Positions 46,138-55,762 of a stretch of 64,000 nucleotides of DNA are shown here, in pieces. The DNA is from Actinomycetota bacterium (GTDB lineage Bacteria > Actinomycetota > UBA4738), in assembly GCA_036406615.1 (NCBI GenBank), contig DASXAQ010000127.1, positions 8,309 through 72,308 of the forward strand. Direction: 5' to 3'. Below the pieces are notes generated by a model. The model saw nothing but the letters and a program-made list of their open reading frames with translations, was not told the origin of the DNA and made no database searches. Numbering within the stretch: position 1 is the stretch's first letter; every line of letters begins with the position of its first letter. The translations under genes and the position numbers were made by a program.

Positions 46138-47807
46138 GGCCCGAACCCCCCGGACCCGAAGGGCCCGGTGAGCCGGAGACGCCGGCCGGCGGCGTCGACG
46201 ACAGCGGATCCCTCGCCCGCCACACCGCGGTCATGTCGGGGGGCACCGCCCTGTCCCGCCTCACGGGCCTGGTGCGGGTCATCGTCACGGCCGCGGCCCT
46301 CGGCGTGACCGTCAGCCGGCTCGGCGACGCGTACAACACCGCGAACACCACCCCGAACATCCTGTACGACCTGGTCCTTGGCGGGATCCTGTCCGCGGTC
46401 GTCGTCCCGGTGTTCGTCGAATGGTTTCAGCTCCGCGGCGGAGCGGACGCGTGGCGCTCGGCCAGCGCGGTCATGACCGTGGCCTTCGTCTTCCTGACGG
46501 TCATCATGCTGGTCGGCATCCTGCTGTCCGGCCCCATCGTTCACCTGTACACGATCCGGGCAAGCGGTCCGGCGATCGCGCAGGAGCGCGAGCTCGCCAC
46601 GTTCTTCCTTCGGATCTTCATGCCGCAGATCGTCTTCTACGGGCTGGGCGCGGTCGCCACCGGACTGCTGAACGCGCGCCGACACTTCGCCGTTCCCATG
46701 TACGCGCCCATCCTCAACAACCTCACGGTCATCGCCACCATGGCCATCTTCTGGTGGTGGACGCGGGGGTCGACCCCGACGCCCGAGAGCCTGTCCGGTG
46801 GACAACAGGCCCTCCTGGCCGTCGGCACGACGCTCGGCGTCGTGGCGATGACGATCGTGCTGTGGCCGCCGCTGCGGCGCATCGGTTTTCGCTGGCACTG
46901 GATCATGGATCTTCGCAACGAAGCGCTGCGGCGCATCGGGCGGCTGGCCGGGTGGATGTTCGTCTACGTCGCGACGAACCAGGCCGGCTTGCTGGTCATC
47001 ATCATCCTGGCGGCCGGCGGCGCGGCGGGGAGCTTCACCGCGTACACGAACGCGTACATCTTCTTCCAGCTCCCCTACGCGATCTTCGCGGTGTCGGTCT
47101 TCACGGCCCTGCTGCCGGCGATGTCGTCGCGCTGGACCGCCGCCGACACGCCTGGCTTTCGCCGGCACCTGTCCGAAGGCATCCGGTTCACCGCGCTGAT
47201 CCTGGTGCCCGCCTCGGTCGGGTATGTGATCCTGGCCACGCCGATCGTGCGGCTGCTGCTCCAGCACGGCCTGGTCACGTCCGGCGACGCCGACCTGATC
47301 GGGCGCACCCTGGCCCTGTTCGCGATCGGGCTGTTCCCCTTCTCGGCGTTTCAGCTGCTCCTGCGGGCCTTCTACGCCACCCAGGACACCCGGACGCCGG
47401 CCCTGATCAACCTGGCGGCGACCGCCCTCAACACTCTAGTCAACGTCCTGTTGTTCCGATCACTAGGGGTGGAGGGATTGGCGTTGGGACAGACGATCGC
47501 CTACACGTTCGCCACCCTGGTGGCCGCGGGCGTGCTCCGGCGGCGCCTGCACGGCCTGGACGGCCGGCGGGTCGCCGTCTCCCTGGCGAAGATCGCCGGG
47601 GCCGGAGTGTGCACGGGCGCGGCCGCCTGGGCCGCGTCGGCCGCCATTGCCGCGCAGCTCGGAACCGCGGCAGCGGGGCCGCAGGCGGCTCAGGTCGCGG
47701 GCGCGGTCCTGGCCGGCGGGTTGGCGTTCGTCGCCTCGTCCATCCTGCTTCGGATCGAGGAGCTCGCAATGGTCAGACAGCTGGTGCTCTCGCGGGTGAA
47801 GCGATGA
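46101..47807 (+). CDS. murJ: lipid II flippase MurJ (MviN)
   Basis: 568 aa, 14 TM, with MurJ N-terminal motifs (RLTGLVRVIVTAAALG...AYNTANTTPNILYDLVLGGILSAVVVP). An alternative GTG start at 46134 overlaps the upstream stop (GTGA). Confidence 0.9.
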   Translation: MGKEVPAAAELVRPEPPGPEGPGEPETPAGGVDDSGSLARHTAVMSGGTALSRLTGLVRVIVTAAALGVTVSRLGDAYNTANTTPNILYDLVLGGILSAVVVPVFVEWFQLRGGADAWRSASAVMTVAFVFLTVIMLVGILLSGPIVHLYTIRASGPAIAQERELATFFLRIFMPQIVFYGLGAVATGLLNARRHFAVPMYAPILNNLTVIATMAIFWWWTRGSTPTPESLSGGQQALLAVGTTLGVVAMTIVLWPPLRRIGFRWHWIMDLRNEALRRIGRLAGWMFVYVATNQAGLLVIIILAAGGAAGSFTAYTNAYIFFQLPYAIFAVSVFTALLPAMSSRWTAADTPGFRRHLSEGIRFTALILVPASVGYVILATPIVRLLLQHGLVTSGDADLIGRTLALFAIGLFPFSAFQLLLRAFYATQDTRTPALINLAATALNTLVNVLLFRSLGVEGLALGQTIAYTFATLVAAGVLRRRLHGLDGRRVAVSLAKIAGAGVCTGAAAWAASAAIAAQLGTAAAGPQAAQVAGAVLAGGLAFVASSILLRIEELAMVRQLVLSRVKR

Positions 47808-48220
47808 ACGGCGCCCGGCCGGTGGCGCGGTCGCTTCACGACGAACGCGGCTTCGTGGTGGGATTCCTGGTCCGCACGGCGCTCGTCTTCGCCGTCGTGG
47901 GCCTCGTGCTGTTCGAAGGCGGCCAGATCCTGATGACCGCCATCCGCGCGTCGGGCGCCGCGGGCACCGCGGCGCAGGCGGCTGCCAACGCCTACGACCG
48001 GACGCACAGCTACGGCGAGGCCAGGCTGGCGGCGATCCGGGCCGCGCGCAGCGACGACCCCGGGGCGAAGGTCGTGTCCGTGAAGATCTCGAAGGACGGC
48101 ACGTCGGCGACCGTCACCGTCGTCGAGGTGGCCGACACGATCGTCGTGCACCGCATCGGCCTCATCAAGCAGTGGGGCGTGCTGCACGCGACCGAGCAGG
48201 AAGCGCACGCCACCGTCTAG
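47804..48220 (+). CDS. small membrane protein (138 aa, one TM; weak TadE-like N-terminus)
   Basis: ATG 47804 overlaps the murJ stop (ATGA). It has a TM helix (FVVGFLVRTALVFAVVGLVLF), and GC3 is high and genome-typical. Confidence 0.5.
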   Translation: MNGARPVARSLHDERGFVVGFLVRTALVFAVVGLVLFEGGQILMTAIRASGAAGTAAQAAANAYDRTHSYGEARLAAIRAARSDDPGAKVVSVKISKDGTSATVTVVEVADTIVVHRIGLIKQWGVLHATEQEAHATV

Positions 48221-48262
48221 ACCCGCGGATAGACTGCGGCCGATGGTGGTCGCCGAGTCGGC

Positions 48263-48874
48263 GTGACGATGGACGGGGCCGGGGAAGGTCGTCCCGACGC
48301 GGAGCTCGTCCGCCGGGCACAGCAGTCCGACGACGCCGCCTTCGCGCAACTGGTTCGCCGGCACGAACAGCGCGTCTACGCGCTGGCCTACCGCATGCTC
48401 GGGCGGGCCGAGGACGCGCGCGACGCCGCCCAGGAGGCCTTCACGTCGGCGTACCGACGGCTCGACTCGTTTCGCGGCGACGCGGCGTTCACCACCTGGC
48501 TGCATCGCATCACCGTCAACGCCTGCTACGACCAGCTCCGGCGGCGCAAGGGCGAACCGGACTCGATCGAAGAGCTTCCGGCGCCGTACGAGCCGGCGGC
48601 TGGTGACGATCCGGCCGACGCCGCGGCGGCAGCGGTCGATGTGCAGCGCGCGTTGCTGGCCATCCCCGCCGAGTTCCGCTCGGTGGTGATCCTGCACGAC
48701 GCGCAGCAACTTGCGTACGAGGAGATCGCGGAGATCCTGGGCGTGCCCGTGGGCACCGTGAAGTCTCGCCTGCACCGCGGGCGCATCGCGCTCGGCCGCC
48801 TTCTTTCGGAACCGGCCGGAGAGCGGGAACCGAAGGACCCCTCGTCGCCGTCGAAGCCGGAGAACCCGACATGA
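48263..48874 (+). CDS. ECF (sigma-70 family, group IV) sigma factor, SigM-like
   Basis: 203 aa. Region 2 is DAAFAQLVRRHEQRVYALAYRMLGRAEDARDAAQEAF, and region 4 is YEEIAEILGVPVGTVKSRLHRGR. Followed by a ZAS anti-sigma. Confidence 0.85.
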   Translation: MTMDGAGEGRPDAELVRRAQQSDDAAFAQLVRRHEQRVYALAYRMLGRAEDARDAAQEAFTSAYRRLDSFRGDAAFTTWLHRITVNACYDQLRRRKGEPDSIEELPAPYEPAAGDDPADAAAAAVDVQRALLAIPAEFRSVVILHDAQQLAYEEIAEILGVPVGTVKSRLHRGRIALGRLLSEPAGEREPKDPSSPSKPENPT

Positions 48875-49737
48875 GCGACGACCGACCCTTCGACCCGACC
48901 CTTCCCGAGGGTGCTGCCATCGACCCGGACCGGGAGGCCGCGGGCCATCCCTTCGACGCCCTGGCCGCGCACCTCGACGGCGTCGCGACGCCCGCGGAAG
49001 CCGCCGCGGTCCGGGACCACCTGGCGCGGTGCCCGTCGTGCGCTGCCGACCTGGCCCTTGCCGAGCGCGCCCGTGACGCCGTGGCCTCGCTTCCCCCGGT
49101 GGCCTCGCCGGGCCTCGACGTGCCGGTCCCAGAGGAAGGCGCCGCGACGCCGGCCACAGCCGGTCCCGGCGCGGCGGGGGCCGGCCGCTCCCGGCGGTCG
49201 CCCCGGCTCCACCGTCGCGGGCTCGGAGCCCGCCGCGCCGCGGTTGGCGTGGCCGGATTGGCCGCCGCCGCGGCCATCGTCGCCCTGGTCGCGATCTTCG
49301 CCACGGGCCCGCACACACAGACCACGGCGTCGACTGCCGCCGGTCGGCAATCAAACGGACTGGCCGGCCTCGCCCCCGCTCCCGTCGCGCACACCTCCAC
49401 CAACTACTCGCGCGCCGGCCTGGCGAAGCTGGCCGATGCGGTGGTCGCGGCCGGCCAGGCCGGCTCGTCCTTCACCAAGAACCCGGCGCCGGGCGCGAGC
49501 GAGGGCAGCATGGATGCGCACGCGGACGCCGCCCAGATCTCCGCGTGCGCCGCGTCCGCCGCCGGGGCGGGTACCGGCGCTCGGATTCTGCGGCTCGAGG
49601 TCGCGTCCTTCGACGGGCAACCCGCGTACATCGCGGTGATCGACCTCGGGGCGGCCGGCGGCGTGGTCGCGGAGGCGGTGGAGCCTTCGACGTGTCACGC
49701 GCTCGCGACCGTCGCGGCGGCGTCGCCGTCGGGCTGA
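48871..49737 (+). CDS. zinc-binding anti-sigma factor (ZAS; HxxxCxxC), membrane-spanning
   Basis: 288 aa. ATG overlaps the sigma stop (ATGA). VRDHLARCPSCAADL is the ZAS motif, and there is a TM segment (VGVAGLAAAAAIVALVAIFA). Confidence 0.8.
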   Translation: MSDDRPFDPTLPEGAAIDPDREAAGHPFDALAAHLDGVATPAEAAAVRDHLARCPSCAADLALAERARDAVASLPPVASPGLDVPVPEEGAATPATAGPGAAGAGRSRRSPRLHRRGLGARRAAVGVAGLAAAAAIVALVAIFATGPHTQTTASTAAGRQSNGLAGLAPAPVAHTSTNYSRAGLAKLADAVVAAGQAGSSFTKNPAPGASEGSMDAHADAAQISACAASAAGAGTGARILRLEVASFDGQPAYIAVIDLGAAGGVVAEAVEPSTCHALATVAAASPSG

Positions 49738-49832
49738 CCGCAGGCTGTTCCTTCTGCGTACAACGTCCGCCGGCCGACCACCCGCCACATGATGGGAATC
49801 CATCTTCGGAGCGTCGTGTTCGTAGCCCTAGA

Positions 49833-50765
49833 ATGGCCGCCGTGGAGGAGCGCAACGTCGTGATCATGGGGTCGGGCCCGGCGGGCCTGACCGCCGCCCT
49901 CTACGCTGCGCGCGCCAACCTGCACCCGTTGGTCCTCAAGGGCGTCGACGCCGGCGGCCAGCTGATGCTGACGACCGAGGTCGAGAACTACCCGGGCTTT
50001 CCCGACGCGGTACTCGGCCCGGAACTGATGGAGCGCATGGAGAAGCAGGCCGCTCGCTTCGAGGCGGACCTGCTGCATCAAGCCGCGACGAGGGTCGACC
50101 TTGCGTCGTACCCGTTCGGCGTGTGGTCGGGCGACCAGGAGTGGCGTGCCCGAACGCTGATCGTGGCCACGGGCGCGTCCGCGCGGATGCTCGGCCTGGA
50201 GTCCGAACGCCGGCTCCTCGGGCGCGGGGTGTCGACGTGCGCGACGTGCGACGGGTTCTTCTTCCGCGGCAAGGAACTGATCGTCGTCGGCGGCGGAGAC
50301 TCGGCCATGGAGGAGGCGCTGTTCCTGACGCGATTCGCGACGAAGGTCACGATCGTGCACCGTCGGGACACGCTTCGAGCCTCGAAGATCATGCAGGACC
50401 GCGCGCTGGCCAACGACAAGATCGCGTTCGAATGGAACGCGGAGGTCGCGCAGGTGCTCGGCGAAGAGCAGGTGGCGGGCGTGGAGCTTCGCGACGTCCG
50501 GACGGACGAGACGCGCACGGTCGAGGCTGGCGGCGTGTTCGTGGCCATCGGACACACGCCAAACACGGCGCTGCTCGAGGGCCAGCTCGAGCTGTCGCAG
50601 GGCTACGTCGTGGTCCAGGAGCCGACCACCCGCACGAGCGCGGAGGGGGTCTTCGCCGCCGGCGACGTCGTCGACCACCTCTACCGCCAGGCGATCACGG
50701 CCGCCGGGATGGGCTGCCAGGCGGCGATCGACGCCGAACGGTACCTGGAGGCGCGGGGACACTGA
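49833..50765 (+). CDS. trxB: thioredoxin reductase
   Basis: 310 aa from ATG 49833 within ORF 49545..50765. GSGPAG is the FAD site, CATCDG the redox-active disulfide and GGGDSAME the NADPH site. Confidence 0.9.
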   Translation: MAAVEERNVVIMGSGPAGLTAALYAARANLHPLVLKGVDAGGQLMLTTEVENYPGFPDAVLGPELMERMEKQAARFEADLLHQAATRVDLASYPFGVWSGDQEWRARTLIVATGASARMLGLESERRLLGRGVSTCATCDGFFFRGKELIVVGGGDSAMEEALFLTRFATKVTIVHRRDTLRASKIMQDRALANDKIAFEWNAEVAQVLGEEQVAGVELRDVRTDETRTVEAGGVFVAIGHTPNTALLEGQLELSQGYVVVQEPTTRTSAEGVFAAGDVVDHLYRQAITAAGMGCQAAIDAERYLEARGH

Positions 50766-50858
50766 CCGCGGGTCGCGGGAATGTCCCGGCGAGGAGCCGC
50801 GTTTGAGAGCATGTTTGGTGCGCACAGGTCTGGCGCATCATGCCTGTAAGGAGGAGCA

Positions 50859-51191
50859 GTGTCCGACACCGTAGCCACCGTCAACGACCAGGATTTCGAC
50901 ACTGAGGTGATTGGCTCCAGCACGCCCGTCCTCGTGGACTTCTGGGCGGAGTGGTGCGTTCCCTGCCACATGGTTTCCCCCGTGGTCGAGGAGATCGCCC
51001 GCGAGAACTCGACGAAGCTCAAGGCGCTGAAGATGAACGTGGACGACAACCCGGAGACGGCCCAGAAGTACGGCATCATGAGCATCCCCACGCTGATGCT
51101 GTTCGCCGGCGGAGAGCTGAAGGCACGCGTCGTGGGCGCACGGGGCAAGGATGCAATTCTTCGGGAGTTCCGCCCGCACCTGCCTGCCTGA
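50859..51191 (+). CDS. trxC: thioredoxin with variant active site WCVPC
   Basis: 110 aa, GTG start. VLVDFWAEWCVPCHMVSPVVEEIA...YGIMSIPTLMLF is a Trx fold. It has CVPC instead of the canonical CGPC, and His replaces the usual Lys after the motif. Confidence 0.85.
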   Translation: MSDTVATVNDQDFDTEVIGSSTPVLVDFWAEWCVPCHMVSPVVEEIARENSTKLKALKMNVDDNPETAQKYGIMSIPTLMLFAGGELKARVVGARGKDAILREFRPHLPA

Positions 51192-51264
51192 CATCCCACT
51201 ACCCGACGACGCGGCGCAACCGGATCCGGTCGCGACCGCCCGCGCACGGGCGCACAATAGGAGC

Positions 51265-52365
51265 ATGCGAACGATGCACGTCGGCCGCCGTGGAGAAGAC
51301 GTTCGCGACGTCCAGACCCGGCTTGCCGCGCTCGGCTATCCGATCGAGCACGACGAGCAGGGCACGTTCGGTCCGGCGACCGAGGACGCCGTGCGAGCGT
51401 TCCAGCAGGCCCGTCACCTGCTGGCCGACGGGCAGGTCGGCGCGGCGACCTGGCAGGAACTGGTCGAGGCCGGCTACTCGCTCGGTGATCGCGTGCTGTA
51501 CCTTCGGTATCCGTTCGCGCGCGGCGACGACGTCCGCCAGCTCCAGGCCCGGCTGAACCTGTTGGGGTTCGACGCCGGACGCGAGGACGGGATCCTCGGC
51601 GAGCGCACCGACCGCGCCATCCGCGAGTTCCAGCGCAACGTCGGGCTGCCTCCCGACGGGATCGTCGGTCGCGGAACACTCCAGGCCGTCACGAGGCTTC
51701 GTCCCGTGAGCGACGGCCCCGGCAAGGCCGCCGTGCGCGAGGGCGAGGCGATGCGCCGTCTCACGCGCACGTTGAAGGGCGCCCGCGTCGCCGTCGATCC
51801 CGGCCACGGCGTCGGCGACCCCGGGGCGGTGGGTCCGACGGGCCTGATCGAATCGGAGGCCGCGTGGCTCGTCGCGGCGGCGCTCGCCGAGGAGCTCGCG
51901 CGGCGCGAGGCCAGCCCGTTCCTGTTGCGCGCCCGCGATTCCGATCCCCAGGACGCCGAGCGCGCCAGGGCCGCGAACGAGGCCGGTGCGGAGATCCTGG
52001 TTTCGATCCACCTCAACTCGCATCGCGACACCTCCGCCGAAGGCACGACGGTGTTCTACGCCGGCCGCGAGGGCTGGCACTCGGGCGCGGGGCAGCGCCT
52101 GGCCGAGTTGATCCAGGAAGAGCTGGTCGGCAGCCTGCGCCTGACCGACGGGCGGGTGCACGGCGTCTGGTTGCCCCTGCTGCGAGAAACACGCATGCCG
52201 GCCGTGCACGTCGAACCGTGCTTCATCACGAATCGAGGCGAAGAGCGGCTGCTGCGCGAGGAGCGCTTCCGTGCCGGCGTCGCGAACGCGATCGCCACCG
52301 GGATCGAGCACTTCTTCGGAGCGCGCGCCGCGCCCGAGCAGCACGCCTCTTCGGTCCCGAGTTAG
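51265..52365 (+). CDS. cwlM: N-acetylmuramoyl-L-alanine amidase with two N-terminal peptidoglycan-binding domains (CwlM-like)
   Basis: 366 aa from ATG 51265 within ORF 51151..52365. Two PG_binding_1 repeats (GEDVRDVQTRLAALGY...; GDDVRQLQARLNLLGF...) precede the Amidase_3 domain (VAVDPGHG...ILVSIHLNS). Confidence 0.85.
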   Translation: MRTMHVGRRGEDVRDVQTRLAALGYPIEHDEQGTFGPATEDAVRAFQQARHLLADGQVGAATWQELVEAGYSLGDRVLYLRYPFARGDDVRQLQARLNLLGFDAGREDGILGERTDRAIREFQRNVGLPPDGIVGRGTLQAVTRLRPVSDGPGKAAVREGEAMRRLTRTLKGARVAVDPGHGVGDPGAVGPTGLIESEAAWLVAAALAEELARREASPFLLRARDSDPQDAERARAANEAGAEILVSIHLNSHRDTSAEGTTVFYAGREGWHSGAGQRLAELIQEELVGSLRLTDGRVHGVWLPLLRETRMPAVHVEPCFITNRGEERLLREERFRAGVANAIATGIEHFFGARAAPEQHASSVPS

Positions 52366-52514
52366 CCCGCCGCCGGCCTCCCTCTCCGCCCGGCGAGCGA
52401 CGACCACCAGAGCATGATGGCTCCGAGCGTCCCACCGAGGAGAACGGCGCGCACGACGCGAGGGATCTCCGGACGATCCTTTCCCGGGTGTCTCGTGCCG
52501 TCCGGTTCGGTCAT
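52362..52514 (-). CDS. candidate small membrane protein (50 aa)
   Basis: Not in the track because of its length. Manual translation gives MTEPDGTRHPGKDRPEIPRVVRAVLLGGTLGAIMLWWSSLAGRRGRPAAG*, with one TM helix. It lies 72 nt downstream of the parB stop, and its stop overlaps the cwlM stop convergently. GC3 is ~80%. Confidence 0.25.
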   Translation of the reverse strand: MTEPDGTRHPGKDRPEIPRVVRAVLLGGTLGAIMLWWSSLAGRRGRPAAG

Positions 52515-52586
52515 CGGTTGCTTCCCATCAAAGAGATTGCAGCCCAGTTTGATCCGCGGTGTGAAGACCCGGCCAGGGCTGCCGCT

Positions 52587-53462
52587 TCAGTCCGGAGCCT
52601 GCCCCGGACCCGACCCGACGATCTCCGAGACGATGCGCTCCAGGTCGTCGGGAGAGCCGAACTCCACGACGATCTTGCCCTTGCGCTTGCCCATGAGCAC
52701 CTGGACACGCGTGGCGAGTTGCTCCGAGAGGATCTCCTCCACCTCGGCGAGCGCTGGGTCCGGGACGCCGGCCTTGCGAGCCTCGCGGCTGGCCGGGGTG
52801 CTGGTGGGATGGTCCGCGTAGCTTCGAACCAGCTCCTCGACCTGGCGCACCGAAAGGCCCTCGGCCGCGACGCGAAGCGCGACCGTCGAGCGGGCTTCGT
52901 CGTCCGGCAGCCCCAGCAACGATCGGGCGTGGCCCGCCTGGATCCGGTTCTCTGCCAGCAGTTGTTGAACGTCGCCGGGCAGGGACAGCAGGCGGATCGT
53001 GTTGGCGATGTGCGCGCGCGAACACCCCAGCCGCTCGGCGACCTGCTCCTGCGTGACGCCGAGCTCCTCGAGCAGCTCCTGGAAGGCGGAGGCCAGCTCC
53101 AGGGGCGACAGATCCTCGCGGTGGATGTTCTCGATGAGCGCCTCGCGAAGCGCGTCCGTGTCGTCGGTATCGCGGACGATCGCGGGGATCGTCGCCAGCC
53201 CGGCGAGCTTCGCCGCGCGGAGTCGCCGCTCCCCCGCCACCAGCTCGTATCCGCCGTCTCTGACCCGCACGACGATCGGCTGCAGCACGCCAACCTCGCG
53301 GATCGAACGCGCCAGCGCCGCCAGGGCCTCCTCGGCGAACTCGCTGCGCGGCTGGCGCGGGTTCGGCGCCAGCGCGGACACCGGGATCTCCAGGAGCCCG
53401 CCTTCCTCCGCAGCGCCGGGAATCAGGGCCGAGAGTCCACGGCCGAGCCCGCCTCGTTTCAC
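52587..53462 (-). CDS. parB: chromosome partitioning protein ParB
   Basis: 291 aa from GTG 53462 (VKRGGLGRGLSALIPG...), which overlaps the parA stop (GTGA). Shows the ParB box GERRLRAAKLAGL and an HTH. The track ORF start at 53612 adds an Arg-rich leader overlapping parA. Confidence 0.9.
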   Translation of the reverse strand: MKRGGLGRGLSALIPGAAEEGGLLEIPVSALAPNPRQPRSEFAEEALAALARSIREVGVLQPIVVRVRDGGYELVAGERRLRAAKLAGLATIPAIVRDTDDTDALREALIENIHREDLSPLELASAFQELLEELGVTQEQVAERLGCSRAHIANTIRLLSLPGDVQQLLAENRIQAGHARSLLGLPDDEARSTVALRVAAEGLSVRQVEELVRSYADHPTSTPASREARKAGVPDPALAEVEEILSEQLATRVQVLMGKRKGKIVVEFGSPDDLERIVSEIVGSGPGQAPD

Positions 53463-54382
53463 AGGTGACCTCCTTGGTCGGACTGCACGCGCGACCGATG
53501 GGCCGAGTTCGAGCCGTCGGCCTCCGCGTCGACGCCGTCGTCGCCGTCCGAATCCATGCTGTCCAGCGGCAGGTCCTCCACCGGCCGGGACACCACCTCT
53601 TCGGCCAGCCATCGATACGCCATCGCACCGCGCGAGGTCGGGTCGTACTGCGTGATCGGCTTCCCGAAGCCCGGCGCCTCCGAGATCCGGACCGAGCGAG
53701 GTATGATCGTATCATACACTCGCGAGCCGAAGTACGCCTTGACCTCGTCGACGACCTGGTCGGCGAGCTTCGTCCGCGCGTCGAACATCGTCATCACGAT
53801 CCCCGACAAGCGCAGCTCCGGGTTGACGTTCTGCTGCACCAGGCGGACGTTCTTCAGCAGCTGGCCCAGCCCCTCGAGCGCGTAGTACTCGCATTGGATC
53901 GGCACGATGAGCTCGTCGGCGGCCGTCAGGGCGTTAACCGTGAGCAGGCCGAGCGACGGCGGGCAATCCAGCAGCACGAAGTCGTAGTCAAGCCTGGCCG
54001 CGTCGAGCGCCTTGCTGAGGCGCCCCTCCCGGGAGAACTGGCTCACCAGCTCGATCTCGGCGCCCGCGAGGTCGATCGTGGACGGGACGGCGAACAGCCC
54101 CGGCACCTCGGTGGGGACCACGGCCTCCTGGAGCTCGGCGCCGGCCATGATCACGTTGTACGTGGTCGTCTGGCGCTCGGCCTGATCGATGCCCAAGCCC
54201 GTCGAGGCATTGCCCTGGGGATCCAGGTCGATGACCAGCACCTTCTGGCCGATGCTGGCCAGCGCCGCGCCGAGGTTGACCGACGTCGTGGTCTTGCCGA
54301 CGCCGCCCTTCTGGTTCGCGATCGCGACCACGCGGGCGCGGTGAGACCGCCGGCGACCCGGATTCGCACCGGCCGTGGGCAC
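53459..54382 (-). CDS. parA: chromosome partitioning ATPase ParA (Soj)
   Basis: 307 aa. VVAIANQKGGVGKTTTSVNLGAALA is the deviant Walker A, with an acidic C-terminal tail. Confidence 0.9.
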   Translation of the reverse strand: MPTAGANPGRRRSHRARVVAIANQKGGVGKTTTSVNLGAALASIGQKVLVIDLDPQGNASTGLGIDQAERQTTTYNVIMAGAELQEAVVPTEVPGLFAVPSTIDLAGAEIELVSQFSREGRLSKALDAARLDYDFVLLDCPPSLGLLTVNALTAADELIVPIQCEYYALEGLGQLLKNVRLVQQNVNPELRLSGIVMTMFDARTKLADQVVDEVKAYFGSRVYDTIIPRSVRISEAPGFGKPITQYDPTSRGAMAYRWLAEEVVSRPVEDLPLDSMDSDGDDGVDAEADGSNSAHRSRVQSDQGGHL

Positions 54383-54422
54383 GTCGCCCTCATCGTGGCG
54401 GGCGTCGCCCTCGGGCCGAGCG

Positions 54423-55064
54423 TCAGGAGGGCTCGTGTGGGTGCTCCTTTTCGGCAGCTGTCAGGACTCGCTGCATCATAACGATCGGACCGTACCCGCG
54501 GAAGTCCGCAGCCGAACAAACGTGGCACTCGACCCCGTCCTCTCGGAGCGAAGCGCCGGCGCCAGCCCCCCACGCCGATCCCGCGAAGTACAGCAGGCGC
54601 CCCCTCTCGCCCAGCGCGGAAGCGGCCATCTCCCACGCGCGCATCGGGGGCGCGAGCGCCCGCGCCAGGCATGCGCCGAACCGACCCCGCAGCGACTCGA
54701 TCCTGACTGGCGCGACCTTCACGTTTCCCAGTCCGAGTTCCTCCACCGTTCGCTCCAGGAACGATGCCCTGAGGCGCCGGGATTCGACCAGCAGAAAGTG
54801 CAGGTCCGGCCGGGCGATGGCGGCGGGAATGCCGGGCAACCCTCCCCCCGACCCAAGGTCCGCGACCGAGCCCTCGTCACCGCGAAGGCACTCGGCAGCG
54901 CGGAGCGAGTCCAGCACGTGACGATCGTGGAGCCTCGCCACGTCAGAGGCCGAGACGAGCCCGAGGGAGACTCCCTGCCCGCGGAGGGTGGCCTCGAATC
55001 GATCGAGCTGCTCGCGTTGGGACAGCGCAAGCTTCGTGACCATGGACTCAGGCTCAAGTTTCAC
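54423..55064 (-). CDS. rsmG: 16S rRNA (guanine527-N7)-methyltransferase RsmG (GidB)
   Basis: 213 aa. ADLGSGGGLPGIPAAIARPDLHFLLVESRRLRASFLE is the SAM-binding motif. Canonical position between jag and parA. Confidence 0.85.
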   Translation of the reverse strand: MKLEPESMVTKLALSQREQLDRFEATLRGQGVSLGLVSASDVARLHDRHVLDSLRAAECLRGDEGSVADLGSGGGLPGIPAAIARPDLHFLLVESRRLRASFLERTVEELGLGNVKVAPVRIESLRGRFGACLARALAPPMRAWEMAASALGERGRLLYFAGSAWGAGAGASLREDGVECHVCSAADFRGYGPIVMMQRVLTAAEKEHPHEPS

Positions 55065-55099
55065 GTGAAACGGGCTCCGCGACGCCCGGCCGATCCAGG

Positions 55100-55762
55100 C
55101 TAGCCCGAGCGTCGAACGACGACCCGGCGGTTGGGTTCCTCGCCCTCGCTCGAGGTCTCCAGGCCCCCGACCCCGGCGATCGCGTCATGAACCACCTTGC
55201 GCTCGTAGGCGCCCATCGGCGGAAGCGTCTCCGGCCGGCCCGTCTTCTTGACCCGACGGCCGACGTCCTGGGCCTGGTGTTCGACCTGTGAGCGGCGGCG
55301 CTTGCGGTAGTCCTCGACGTCGACGAGCACCAGGCAGCGCTCTCCCGTTCGCTGTTGAACGGCGCTACGAACGATGTCCTGCAGGGCTTCCAGCGTGAGC
55401 CCACGCCGGCCGATCAGTCGTCCCATGCCCTCAGGGTCTTCGCCGCCCCATATCTCCACGTACGTCGAGCCGCCCGTGTCGTTGATCTCGACGTCCGCGG
55501 CCACGCCCATCTCCTCGAGCAGCCCTTCGAGGAACTCCGCCGCCACGTCGGCCTGCTCGCCGACATCGATGTCATCCGCCGCGCCGGCCGGCGCGGCCGA
55601 CCGGACCCGCACGACCGCGGGTTGGGCACCGATGCCTACGATCCCGCTGCGGGGCTCCTGAACGACCTCGATCCTGGCCTCTTGCTCGCTGACCCCGAGC
55701 TCCGTCAGCGCCGCTTCGATGGCCTCCTCAACGGTCGGGGCGCTCTTTTCCACTTCCGCCAT
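55100..55762 (-). CDS. khpB: Jag/KhpB RNA-binding protein (KH + R3H domains)
   Basis: 220 aa from ATG 55762 (MAEVEKSAPTVEEAIEAALTELG...) within ORF 55100..55939, with an R3H motif near the C-terminus. Downstream of yidC. Confidence 0.85.
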   Translation of the reverse strand: MAEVEKSAPTVEEAIEAALTELGVSEQEARIEVVQEPRSGIVGIGAQPAVVRVRSAAPAGAADDIDVGEQADVAAEFLEGLLEEMGVAADVEINDTGGSTYVEIWGGEDPEGMGRLIGRRGLTLEALQDIVRSAVQQRTGERCLVLVDVEDYRKRRRSQVEHQAQDVGRRVKKTGRPETLPPMGAYERKVVHDAIAGVGGLETSSEGEEPNRRVVVRRSG

